Positions 8,531-16,385 of a stretch of DNA of 16,713 nt are shown one piece after another. Origin of the DNA: Oculatellaceae cyanobacterium bins.114 (GTDB lineage: Bacteria > Cyanobacteriota > Cyanobacteriia > Elainellales > Elainellaceae). Numbering within the stretch: the stretch's first letter is position 1; every line of letters begins with the position of its first letter. The position numbers and the translations under genes are program-made. The notes under the pieces are model-generated. The model did not search any database. It was not told the origin of the DNA and worked only from the letters and a program-made list of their open reading frames with translations. The stretch is from positions 1 to 16,713 of the forward strand of contig JANRJA010000015.1 of the NCBI GenBank assembly GCA_033764315.1, in the 5' to 3' direction.

Positions 8531-8872
8531 CTACGGAATGCCTGGAAATGACTCCACAAGTTGAATCTGAATGTCGGGAAAGGACTCAACAAACTGTACT
8601 TTGAAATCAGGAAACGAGTCGGTGTAGTGCCACAACCCACAGCGATCGGGGAAGGACTCGACGACTTGCACCTTCAGATCGGGAAACGATGACACAATCT
8701 GCACTTTAAGATCGGGAAAGCTATCCACAATTTGCACATCTCCATACAACGGAATGCCGTTGTAAGCGCAGGTGCTGGGGTCAATGACAGACTCTGCTCT
8801 GGTGACGGTCGCCCCTAGCAAAATAAAAGCCAGACTCAGAAAAAACAAACCGAACCAACGCCACACAATCAC
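8531..8872 (-). CDS. Small secreted SFPD-repeat protein, probable 7_1 (septoil) knot family
   Basis: 113 aa with an N-terminal signal peptide (..GATVTRA|ES), six approximately 11-aa repeats ending SFP[DG] (e.g. LKVQIVSSFPD), and two Cys. Confidence 0.75.
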   Translation of the reverse strand: MIVWRWFGLFFLSLAFILLGATVTRAESVIDPSTCAYNGIPLYGDVQIVDSFPDLKVQIVSSFPDLKVQVVESFPDRCGLWHYTDSFPDFKVQFVESFPDIQIQLVESFPGIP

Positions 8873-8974
8873 GTTGTCCTTTTCCCTGTGCGAAAATGTC
8901 TCCTTTCAAGGATACAAAAGAGATTGGGCGATTTCCGTTGGAACGGGTCATTTGAGAGACGCGGAGGTCAATCA

Positions 8975-9141
8975 GTGCCCAATTCTAGAATAAACCCTTG
9001 TTCACACAACCGTTAAGGGATTATTCCTGTTTGAGGGGAGACCAATTCAACAAATAACCGTTATAGATCAACGGTAGGGGCGTTTCGCGAAACGCCCCTA
9101 CGGAGATATTGATGTGTAGCCCAAATTTTTAGAAAGGGTAT
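8975..9141. mobile_element. MITE/REPIN-like element containing a GTAG-type REP palindrome
   Basis: Perfect 28-bp palindrome gtaggggcgtttcgcgaaacgcccctac at 9074-9101. Loose inverted ends cccaattctagaat / tttttagaaagggta; boundaries approximate. Confidence 0.6.
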
Positions 9142-9435
9142 GAGACTGTTTCTATTTGAAGTGGGAAAGTTTTGAGTTCAAGTGAAATCATTTCTGTTCA
9201 GAGTGGGATAGTTTTCGTTTGAAGTGGGAATGGTTCTGTTTCAAACAGCAATTTTCTTGATTGCAGTGAGACTGTTCCTGTTTCAAATGAGAACACTGCT
9301 ATTTCAAGTGGGAATATTGCTGTTTTGGACGAAACTGTTCCTGTTTTTAGTCAGACGGTTGCTGCTTGAAATAAGAACAGTCTTGTTGAAAGGGAAAACA
9401 TCACTGTCTTGAGTGAACCTGTTTCTGTTCTCAAT
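9142..9435. repeat. Degenerate 21-bp tandem array, 14 in-register units (fading to about 9498)
   Basis: Units start at 9142, 9163, 9184 ... 9415 with no indels. Consensus approximately GRGAMTGTTNCTGTTTNAAGT; no two units identical. Confidence 0.85.
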
Positions 9436-9606
9436 AAAAAAGGGTGCTGTTGGAAGGAGAGCAGTTTGTATCAAGGAGGCGATATTTTGTTTATGGAGAA
9501 CTGAGCTTGTCAAACTCCTATGAGGGATTTTGCTGACGTTGATTAAAGAGCCTGCTTAAATAGAGTCAATTCCTTGCTTTTAAGCAACACTCATCTCAAA
9601 TGCCTT

Positions 9607-12246
9607 ATGACCAGCGAATCTGGATTGTCGGTGAGTAAACCCACCTCAGTTTTTAAGAAATCAATCAAGGTTGATTTCAAAGGTTTCTCAAAGGCACTGG
9701 GTAAGGGTTTAGTCGATTTGGGGTTTGGCAAATGGGATAGTTTGGCAGGAGATGGGATTGATGCTCTGTCGGCATTGGGTTTAGCCGCAAATGCCGAGGA
9801 AATTGCCTGGTTAATGGTGTATCGCTCTCTGCTTCAGGCGATGAAGACGTTGATTGATGAGAAAGCTGAGTTAGAGCCAAATAAGTTTGATAGCAAAGCT
9901 TTGCAAACCAACATTAATCAGGCTCTAGAAACCAATAGTTTAGTGATCAACACAAAGTTTTTTGAGCATCCTGATAAAGACCCCCTGGTTGAGAGGGTGA
10001 AACCTGCATTTGTGGGGTGGTTGCAGCGGTCTGGTTTGAGCGAGGTGGATGCTCACGCCATGAGTAACCGATTACCGATTTATTTTGCGGTTGCCCTGCA
10101 TGACGAGTGGGGCAGTCATGCTAGAGATTATGGGGTGCTCAAAGAAAGGCTCGATACACCCTTTACGCAAGCAAGCGATCGCAGTCAGGCATGGTTGCGA
10201 TACTCCACCTGGCTACAAAAGCAGGTAGAAGAACCGATGTTTTTAGAAGCCTTTAGCTTGAAGCGGGTGTATGTGCCCTTGCGGGCTTACTATAACCGCA
10301 AAGTTGAGGGACAGAAACCGAATGAGCTAGAGCGGCGGGTGATAGACAGCAAAACGGTTGAACGAGTCGTCGTTGACCTAAGCCAAGAACTCGAAAGTTG
10401 GCTCAGCAAAGCTAAAAAGGATGATGCGATTCGTTTGATTAGTGGCGGACCTGGGAGTGGCAAGTCGTCTTTTGCCAAAATGTTTGCCGCAACATTGGCA
10501 GCACAAGGCACTATTCCAATTTTGTTCATTCCATTGCATCATTTTGAACCCTCCGATGATCTGATTGATGCGGTGGGTAGGTTTGTGCAAATGGATGGCA
10601 TCTTGCCCCACAATCCCTTAGCGGTTGAGCAACGAGAGCCACGCCTGTTAATCATCTTTGATGGCTTAGATGAGTTAGCCATGCAGGGAAAAATTGCTGA
10701 AAAAACAGCGCAAGACTTTGTCCGAGAAGTGCAACGCAAGGTAGAGCGGTTTAACCAGCGAGATATCGGCTTGCAGGTTTTGATCAGTGGTCGAGAACTG
10801 GTGATGCAAGCTAATGAAACTGACTTTCGTAAAGATGGACAAATTTTGCATGTTTTACCCTACTTTGTGGCTCAAAACGATCGAGAGAATTATGTAGATG
10901 ACAAAAAGCTATTAGAGCAAGATCAGCGACAGCTTTGGTGGCAAAACTATGGTGCAGCCAGTGGCAGTGACTATGGTGGCTTACCCTCTGAGTTAGACCA
11001 GGGTCATTTAACAGAGATCACGGCTCAACCGTTGCTCAACTATCTGGTGGCTCTCAGTGTGCGGCGAGGAGAACTAAAATTTTCAGAAGAAACCAATTTA
11101 AATGCGGTGTATGCAGACTTGCTCAAAGCCATTTATGAGCGAGGGTGGGCAGGTTATCAACATGCTGCCATTCAAGGAATTAAGGAAGAAGATTTTATTC
11201 GCATTTTAGAAGAGATTGCCTTGGCAGCTTGGCATGGCAATGGACGCACCACCACCGTAAAAGAGATTGAGCGACATTGTGACAGCAGCAACCTCAAAAA
11301 CCTATTGAGTCGATTTCAAGAGGGCTTTCGAGACGAGTCCAGGGCAAGCATTACTCGCCTGATGACTGCCTTTTATTTTCGCCAAAGTGGGCATGACTCG
11401 TCGGGTGACAAGACCTTTGAGTTCACGCACAAGAGCTTTGGGGAATATCTGACTGCCAGACGGATTGTGCAAGAGGTGCGCTATATTCACCGCAAACTAG
11501 AAGATCGCTATAACGACTCCTATGAAGATTGGGATGAACGCCATGCCCTCTATCGGTGGGCATTGGTTTGCGGACCTTCAGCAATGGATAAATATTTGTT
11601 TAAGTTTGTTTTAGATGAGATGCGCCTGCACCATCAGCACAACCCAGCCACGGTCGCTGCATGGCAACAGACCCTTTGCCATCTGATTGGCTTGATGCTG
11701 CGACAGGGGATGCCGATGGAGCGACTAAACCCTCGACCTGACTTTCAAACTGAGAATCACCAGGCTCGCAATGCAGAGGAAGCCCTATTAGCGGTTCTCA
11801 ATACCTGTGCTCGGTTAACTCAAAAACTTTCAACGATTGAGTGGGTGTCTGAAGAGTCTTTTGGGGCGTGGCTCTCTAGACTACAAGGACAGCGGTTAGA
11901 GGTTCATGTGTTTTGCCTGAGCTGCTTAAGTTTTTTACAGTTGCAAGACTGCATGCTCGTATTCAAAGATTTTTTCATGGCGAATCTAGAAGGGGTGAAT
12001 CTAGAAGGGGCTAATCTTGAGGGAGCGAATCTTGAGGGGGCTAACCTTGAGGGAGCAAATCTTTTGGGAGTGCATCTTGAGGAGGCACATCTTGAGAGAG
12101 CGAATCTTTTAGGGGCAAATCTTTTGGGGGCGTATCTTGAGGGGGTGAACCTGAAGGGGGCGACTCTTGAAGGGGCGCATTTGAAAGGAACGATTTTGGA
12201 AGACAAAGTACCCATTGGTGGAAATGAGGCCGCCGAATCAGACTAA
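9607..12246 (+). CDS. NACHT-type STAND NTPase with C-terminal pentapeptide repeats
   Basis: VYVPLR pre-motif, Walker A GGPGSGKS, Walker B LLIIFDGLDE, ISGR, QPLL, winged-helix motif FEFTHKSFGEYLTA, and 15 A(N/H)LxG-type repeats. The ORF is open from TTG 9574; the in-frame ATG at 9607 is preferred. Confidence 0.88.
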   Translation: MTSESGLSVSKPTSVFKKSIKVDFKGFSKALGKGLVDLGFGKWDSLAGDGIDALSALGLAANAEEIAWLMVYRSLLQAMKTLIDEKAELEPNKFDSKALQTNINQALETNSLVINTKFFEHPDKDPLVERVKPAFVGWLQRSGLSEVDAHAMSNRLPIYFAVALHDEWGSHARDYGVLKERLDTPFTQASDRSQAWLRYSTWLQKQVEEPMFLEAFSLKRVYVPLRAYYNRKVEGQKPNELERRVIDSKTVERVVVDLSQELESWLSKAKKDDAIRLISGGPGSGKSSFAKMFAATLAAQGTIPILFIPLHHFEPSDDLIDAVGRFVQMDGILPHNPLAVEQREPRLLIIFDGLDELAMQGKIAEKTAQDFVREVQRKVERFNQRDIGLQVLISGRELVMQANETDFRKDGQILHVLPYFVAQNDRENYVDDKKLLEQDQRQLWWQNYGAASGSDYGGLPSELDQGHLTEITAQPLLNYLVALSVRRGELKFSEETNLNAVYADLLKAIYERGWAGYQHAAIQGIKEEDFIRILEEIALAAWHGNGRTTTVKEIERHCDSSNLKNLLSRFQEGFRDESRASITRLMTAFYFRQSGHDSSGDKTFEFTHKSFGEYLTARRIVQEVRYIHRKLEDRYNDSYEDWDERHALYRWALVCGPSAMDKYLFKFVLDEMRLHHQHNPATVAAWQQTLCHLIGLMLRQGMPMERLNPRPDFQTENHQARNAEEALLAVLNTCARLTQKLSTIEWVSEESFGAWLSRLQGQRLEVHVFCLSCLSFLQLQDCMLVFKDFFMANLEGVNLEGANLEGANLEGANLEGANLLGVHLEEAHLERANLLGANLLGAYLEGVNLKGATLEGAHLKGTILEDKVPIGGNEAAESD
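11980..12204 (+). repeat. 15-bp coding repeats (pentapeptide repeat domain)
   Basis: ANLEG VNLEG ANLEG ANLEG ANLEG ANLLG VHLEE AHLER ANLLG ANLLG AYLEG VNLKG ATLEG AHLKG TILED. Confidence 0.9.
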
Positions 12247-12280
12247 AGATCGCACTCCCGACCGTTCTCATGAAAGGGAT

Positions 12281-12560
12281 CTACAGTGTATGCACAAATT
12301 CTCTCAACCTAACTAACGTCAGTTCGGTTTAAGAGCCTGTCGAATAAATTCGCGGCTATCAGAGCCAAGTTCGCCTTCGCGAACTACAGAAAATCAAGCG
12401 GTTTTGCTCCTGTAGTTGCGGTTTCAACCGCCAAAATCCTTATCCCGAATTCACGTTAACTAATGCTGGGTTTGATCCTCCCTAGCCCTCCTTAAAAAGG
12501 AGGGAAGCGGAGTCAAAGTCCCCCTTATCAAGGGATGCCGGAGACAGGTGGATCTGATGT
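12281..12560. mobile_element. MITE-like repeat, family A copy 2, interrupted by a nested element
   Basis: Aligns with 3762-3880 once 12317-12463 is removed. Right boundary approximate. Confidence 0.65.
12317..12456. mobile_element. Nested 140-bp MITE
   Basis: Flanked by the direct repeat taactaa (12310-12316 and 12457-12463). Inverted ends taacgtcagttcggtttaag / cttatcccgaattcacgtta match at 16 of 20 positions. Confidence 0.7.
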
Positions 12561-12647
12561 GTCGCGTTCATAACTTAAATTGGGATAAGGTAGTCGCTTG
12601 GAGGTCACTCAAAGCGATCGCCCCATCATCAACCCTCAGGTGTAACT

Positions 12648-14228
12648 ATGACCAACCCCATTCAATCGCCCTGTGAAGAAGGAATTATTCGCTCCAAACC
12701 ATGCTCTACTTCTTGTCAGCGCAACCTCAGAGTTTGGGTGTTGATTGCCACTATTCTCGGTTCTAGCATGGCCTTTATTGACAGCACCGTGGTCAACGTT
12801 GCCTTACCCACCCTGCAAACGCAGTTGAATGCGACGGTTGCTGATGTGCAGTGGGTGGTGGAATCTTACGCCTTATTTGTGGCGGCCTTAATTTTAGTAG
12901 GTGGGTCACTGGGGGATCATCTGGGGCGACGATGCATCTTTGTGTTGGGGGTGACGTTGTTTGCGATCGCCTCTGCCTGGTGTGGTTTGGCCCCCACCGT
13001 GGGGCAACTAATTGTGGCGCGAGGGGTGCAGGGGATAGGCGGAGCGTTATTAATTCCCGGAAGTCTATCAATTATTGGAGCCTCTTTTCCAGATGATCAA
13101 CGGGGTGGGGCGATCGGGCTGTGGTCTGGGTTTACGGCCATCACCGCAGCGGCAGGGCCAGTGTTAGGAGGGTGGTTGATTGAGACTTTTTCCTGGCGGT
13201 GGGTGTTTTTGATTAACCTGCCGTTGGCCGCGATTGTGATTGCTATTAGTCTTTGGCGAGTGCCCGAAAGCCGTGACCCTGAGACTTCTAAACTCGATTG
13301 GTTGGGGGCGTTGCTGGCGATCGCTGGATTAGGCAGCATTGTCTATGGGTTACTAGAGTCTGCCACGGTTGGGTTTAATGCGGTGGTGATAGGGGCGATC
13401 GCACTGGGGATAATCCTTTCAGGGCTTTTCTTTTGGGTAGAAGCTCACCTCACTGCGCCGATGATGCCATTGAGTTTGTTTCGATCGCGCACCTTCAGCG
13501 GCGCAAATTTGTTAACTCTATTGCTCTATTCAGCGTTGGGGGGTGCCCTGTTTTTCTTACCGTTTAACCTGATTCAGGTGCAGGGCTATTCCGCCACTGC
13601 TGCTGGAGCCGCACTGGTGCCTTTTCCGGTCATTATGTTCTTGCTCTCGCGCTGGTCAGGAAACCTGGTAAGCCGTTATGGTGCTCGTTTGCCGCTCATG
13701 GTGGGGCCTGCGATCGCGGCTCTGGGGTTTGGACTGATGACTCGTCCTGCCATTGGCGGCAGCTATTGGACAACTTTTTTTCCAGCTGTGGTCGTGTTGG
13801 GAGTGGGTATGGCCATTTGTGTGGCACCCCTGACAACCGCTGTGATGAATGCGGTCAATATGCGCTATGTCGGAGCCGCCTCAGGTGTGAATAATGCCGT
13901 CTCTCGCATTGCCAGTTTATTGGCGATCGCCCTTCTGGGAATCGTTATGCTCAGTCGCTTTAATCACAGTCTGAATCAACGGATTGCTCCCTTGCAACTG
14001 ACACCAGAGGCACAACAGTTTTTAGACACTCAAAGAGTCAATTTAGCCGCTGCAACATTGCCACCGGAGTTAACTCGTGAGGTAGCAACTGCATTAAAGA
14101 ATGCGATCGCCACTGCATTTGTGGATGGGTTTCGGCTGGTGATGTGGATAGCGGTAGGATTAGCGATCGCCAGTGCGATCACAGCCGCATTGATGATTGA
14201 ACGTCGTCAAAAATTGCGATCGCCATGA
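12648..14228 (+). CDS. MFS transporter, DHA2 (EmrB/QacA, 14-TM) family
   Basis: 526 aa. IDSTVVNVALP (motif D1), WVVESYAL, GSLGDHLGRR (motif A), LIVARGVQGIGG, GPVLGG, WRWVFLINLP, LDWLG. Confidence 0.92.
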   Translation: MTNPIQSPCEEGIIRSKPCSTSCQRNLRVWVLIATILGSSMAFIDSTVVNVALPTLQTQLNATVADVQWVVESYALFVAALILVGGSLGDHLGRRCIFVLGVTLFAIASAWCGLAPTVGQLIVARGVQGIGGALLIPGSLSIIGASFPDDQRGGAIGLWSGFTAITAAAGPVLGGWLIETFSWRWVFLINLPLAAIVIAISLWRVPESRDPETSKLDWLGALLAIAGLGSIVYGLLESATVGFNAVVIGAIALGIILSGLFFWVEAHLTAPMMPLSLFRSRTFSGANLLTLLLYSALGGALFFLPFNLIQVQGYSATAAGAALVPFPVIMFLLSRWSGNLVSRYGARLPLMVGPAIAALGFGLMTRPAIGGSYWTTFFPAVVVLGVGMAICVAPLTTAVMNAVNMRYVGAASGVNNAVSRIASLLAIALLGIVMLSRFNHSLNQRIAPLQLTPEAQQFLDTQRVNLAAATLPPELTREVATALKNAIATAFVDGFRLVMWIAVGLAIASAITAALMIERRQKLRSP

Positions 14229-14249
14229 CCATTCTGACTATGACAAGAC

Positions 14250-14299
14250 TTCTAAATAAGTTCTAAAGTCGTTCTAAAAGCACTGCTACATCGTAGATT
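14250..14299 (+). promoter_or_regulatory. Three TTCTAAA direct repeats with 11-bp period, followed by a possible -10 box
   Basis: TTCTAAA at 14250, 14261 and 14272; TAGATT at 14294-14299. Confidence 0.4.
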
Positions 14300-14509
14300 G
14301 AGTAACCTACGGGCAGTTTCGACCTATCATATCCACAGTTTTGTCTAAAATTAACCCATTGGAGAATAGATCGAGTAGGGGAAGGCAGGAGGTAGAGAGA
14401 GTGAAGGTTTGCCAGAGAAAGCGACTCCCGTCTAAAAAAGCGTTAAATACACTCAGTTTCACCTACAAATTCAATGCGATTCGTAGTCGATTTGTTCTTT
14501 TTCTGGTGT

Positions 14510-14614
14510 TATAGCCGTAGCCACACTTGATGAGGCGGAGGCGAGTCAGAAAGCTTTCCCAGCATCAGGATTTGAGCCATTGCCTTTGCCGTAAGCTTTC
14601 TGACCAAAGCTATA
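14510..14614. mobile_element. 105-bp MITE-like repeat, family B copy 1
   Basis: tatagc...gctata ends and an internal stem gtcagaaagctt/aagctttctgac. 101/105 identical to 16265-16369. Confidence 0.85.
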
Positions 14615-14615
14615 A

Positions 14616-14731
14616 GGGAGTTGCAAGAAACTCTTGTGCCACTGGACTTCGACTTCGCTCAACCCTCCCAGTCTGTGAGTTGAGCGGAGCCGAAACTCGC
14701 TTCACAGGTATTCTTTTTGTTTGCACGTCCC
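14616..14731. mobile_element. 116-bp MITE-like element with REP-like internal palindrome
   Basis: Inverted ends gggagttgcaagaaa / ttttgtttgcacgtccc, with taa on both flanks. Internal ttcgacttcgctcaac ... gttgagcggagccgaa. Confidence 0.65.
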
Positions 14732-14869
14732 TAATCCCATTGGTCAACATCAAGATTCCTTCACTCCAAAGAGCTTGAATGGGTTGCCCAAACTGCGTTG
14801 AGGAAAGCGATTTGGGATTGCTATATTCAGGGTGACATTAATCTAGATTGCTAAGTAGCTTGAATTGTT

Positions 14870-16006
14870 ATGAAATTATCTCCCTTCAAACTTGAACGAT
14901 TCTTTGCGAAATACGAATTTAAAGCTCCCTATCTACTCGCTGCTTCAGACTGTGAAGCCATGACGATCGCAGAGTTGTTGAGTCTAGAGCCAGACGCCAC
15001 ACAAAAATTTCATCAAACTGGGTTGGGTTATACAGAAACACAGGGAAGCTCTGAACTACGACAGGCCGTTGCACAAACTTATCAAACCATTGGAATTGAA
15101 GATATTTTGATTCATGCAGGTGCAGAAGAAGCCATTTTTATCTTCATGAATATTGCGCTTCAGCCTGGAGACCATATCATTGTCCATTCCCCTTGTTATC
15201 AATCCCATAGCTCAATTGCTCAGTCTATTGGCTGTGAGGTTGGTTGGTGGATGAGCCATGAAGCAGATCACTGGGAGTTAGATTTAGAGTGGCTTCAGGG
15301 GGCAATTCAACCCAACACAAAGGCGATCGCCATTAATTGTCCCCATAATCCAACAGGTTATGTCATGAGCCGAGCCAAGCTAGAGGAATTGGTTGCGATT
15401 TGCAGAGAACACCAGCTTCTTTTGTTTTCTGATGAAGTCTATCGATATTTAGAATATCGAGACGAAGATACGTTGCCAGCCGCTTGTGATCTGTATGAAA
15501 ATGCAGTTTCTTTAGGAGTCATGTCAAAAACTTATGGGTTAGCGGGCTTGCGGATCGGTTGGATTGCAACTCGCAATCAAGAGATTTATCAAGCGATGGC
15601 AGCGTTTAAGGACTATACCTCGATCTGCAACAGTGCTCCCAGTGAGTTTTTGTCAACCTTGGCTCTGCGCCACCGAGATCAAATTGTTCAACGCAATCGA
15701 GCCATCATTACAAAGAACATTGAGGTGTGTAACGACTTCTTCTCGAAATATCCCCATCTCTTTAACTGGACTGCACCAAAAGGCGGTTCGACCGCATTTC
15801 CAAGCCTTAATCACCTAGATGCAGAAGAGTTTTGCCTTAATTTAGTGAATCAGCAAGGAGTCCTGCTGTTGCCCAGTCCCTATTTTGACTTTGGGAGGCA
15901 AAACTTTCGGATTGGCTTAGGGCGCAAGAATTTGCCGGAGTGCATTGAAAAACTAGAAACTTACTTAAAGACGAATCAATTTAATGCAATGATGTCAGTT
16001 GGATAG
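14870..16006 (+). CDS. PLP-dependent aminotransferase, class I/II fold
   Basis: 378 aa. GAEEAI, NCPHNPTG, SDEVY, PLP-lysine motif GVMSKTYGLAGLRIGW, FRIGLG. Substrate not assignable. Confidence 0.92.
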   Translation: MKLSPFKLERFFAKYEFKAPYLLAASDCEAMTIAELLSLEPDATQKFHQTGLGYTETQGSSELRQAVAQTYQTIGIEDILIHAGAEEAIFIFMNIALQPGDHIIVHSPCYQSHSSIAQSIGCEVGWWMSHEADHWELDLEWLQGAIQPNTKAIAINCPHNPTGYVMSRAKLEELVAICREHQLLLFSDEVYRYLEYRDEDTLPAACDLYENAVSLGVMSKTYGLAGLRIGWIATRNQEIYQAMAAFKDYTSICNSAPSEFLSTLALRHRDQIVQRNRAIITKNIEVCNDFFSKYPHLFNWTAPKGGSTAFPSLNHLDAEEFCLNLVNQQGVLLLPSPYFDFGRQNFRIGLGRKNLPECIEKLETYLKTNQFNAMMSVG

Positions 16007-16264
16007 GGGCGATCGTGGCACCACACTGATGAGTGGATTGATGACTGGCAGTGGAAAAAATGCCGCCTTAAAAACCGACTTTAACGCACTTGAACCTAGC
16101 TTTGACTTAAGACTCTGGAGACATCTTCCGTAACGGTTGTCAGCAAAAGTGTTGTTAGCAACGGTTGACCATAAACGCTATACAGCGTATTTCATCTCAA
16201 TGAAGGACAGGGGTTCCACTCCTGCACCCAGGTTTTTTGTACCTCATCAACGTCAAAAGTGCTG

Positions 16265-16369
16265 TATAGCCGTAGCCACACTCGATGGGGCGGAGGCGAG
16301 TCAGAAAGCTTTCCCAGCATCAGGGTTTGAGCCATTGCCTTTGCCGTAAGCTTTCTGACTAAAGCTATA
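16265..16369. mobile_element. 105-bp MITE-like repeat, family B copy 2
   Basis: Direct repeat of 14510-14614 with 4 substitutions. Confidence 0.85.
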
Positions 16370-16385
16370 TTTCTAAATCGTCACT

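Noticed and set aside
8048..8640. Short ORFs 8048..8260, 8201..8410, 8265..8471 and 8350..8640
   Set aside because: They run through repeat elements or overlap real genes and lack protein-like features.
9142..9498. CRISPR or TIGR-type array
   Set aside because: No invariant repeat alternating with unique spacers, the 21-nt period is too short, and no cas-like gene is nearby.
9224..9513. ORFs 9224..9412 (+) and 9304..9513 (-) as genes
   Set aside because: Each covers only part of the array, and the same frames contain stops in neighbouring units; they are likely by-products of the periodicity.
11904..12271. Repetitive minus-strand ORFs (APSRF / PQD repeats)
   Set aside because: Antisense shadows of the pentapeptide-repeat coding region.
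16067..16108. Cyanobacterial Pho box (CTTAACCT-like repeats); similar words at 3985-4013
   Set aside because: Matches are degenerate and spacings irregular, not a consistent 11-bp period.
16203..16232. tRNA/tmRNA T-arm-like fragment (ggacaggggttccactcc)
   Set aside because: No TTCGA loop, acceptor stem or CCA end.
14527..16349. ORFs 14527..14778 and 16137..16349
   Set aside because: Both are read-throughs of the MITE copies, translated in different frames.
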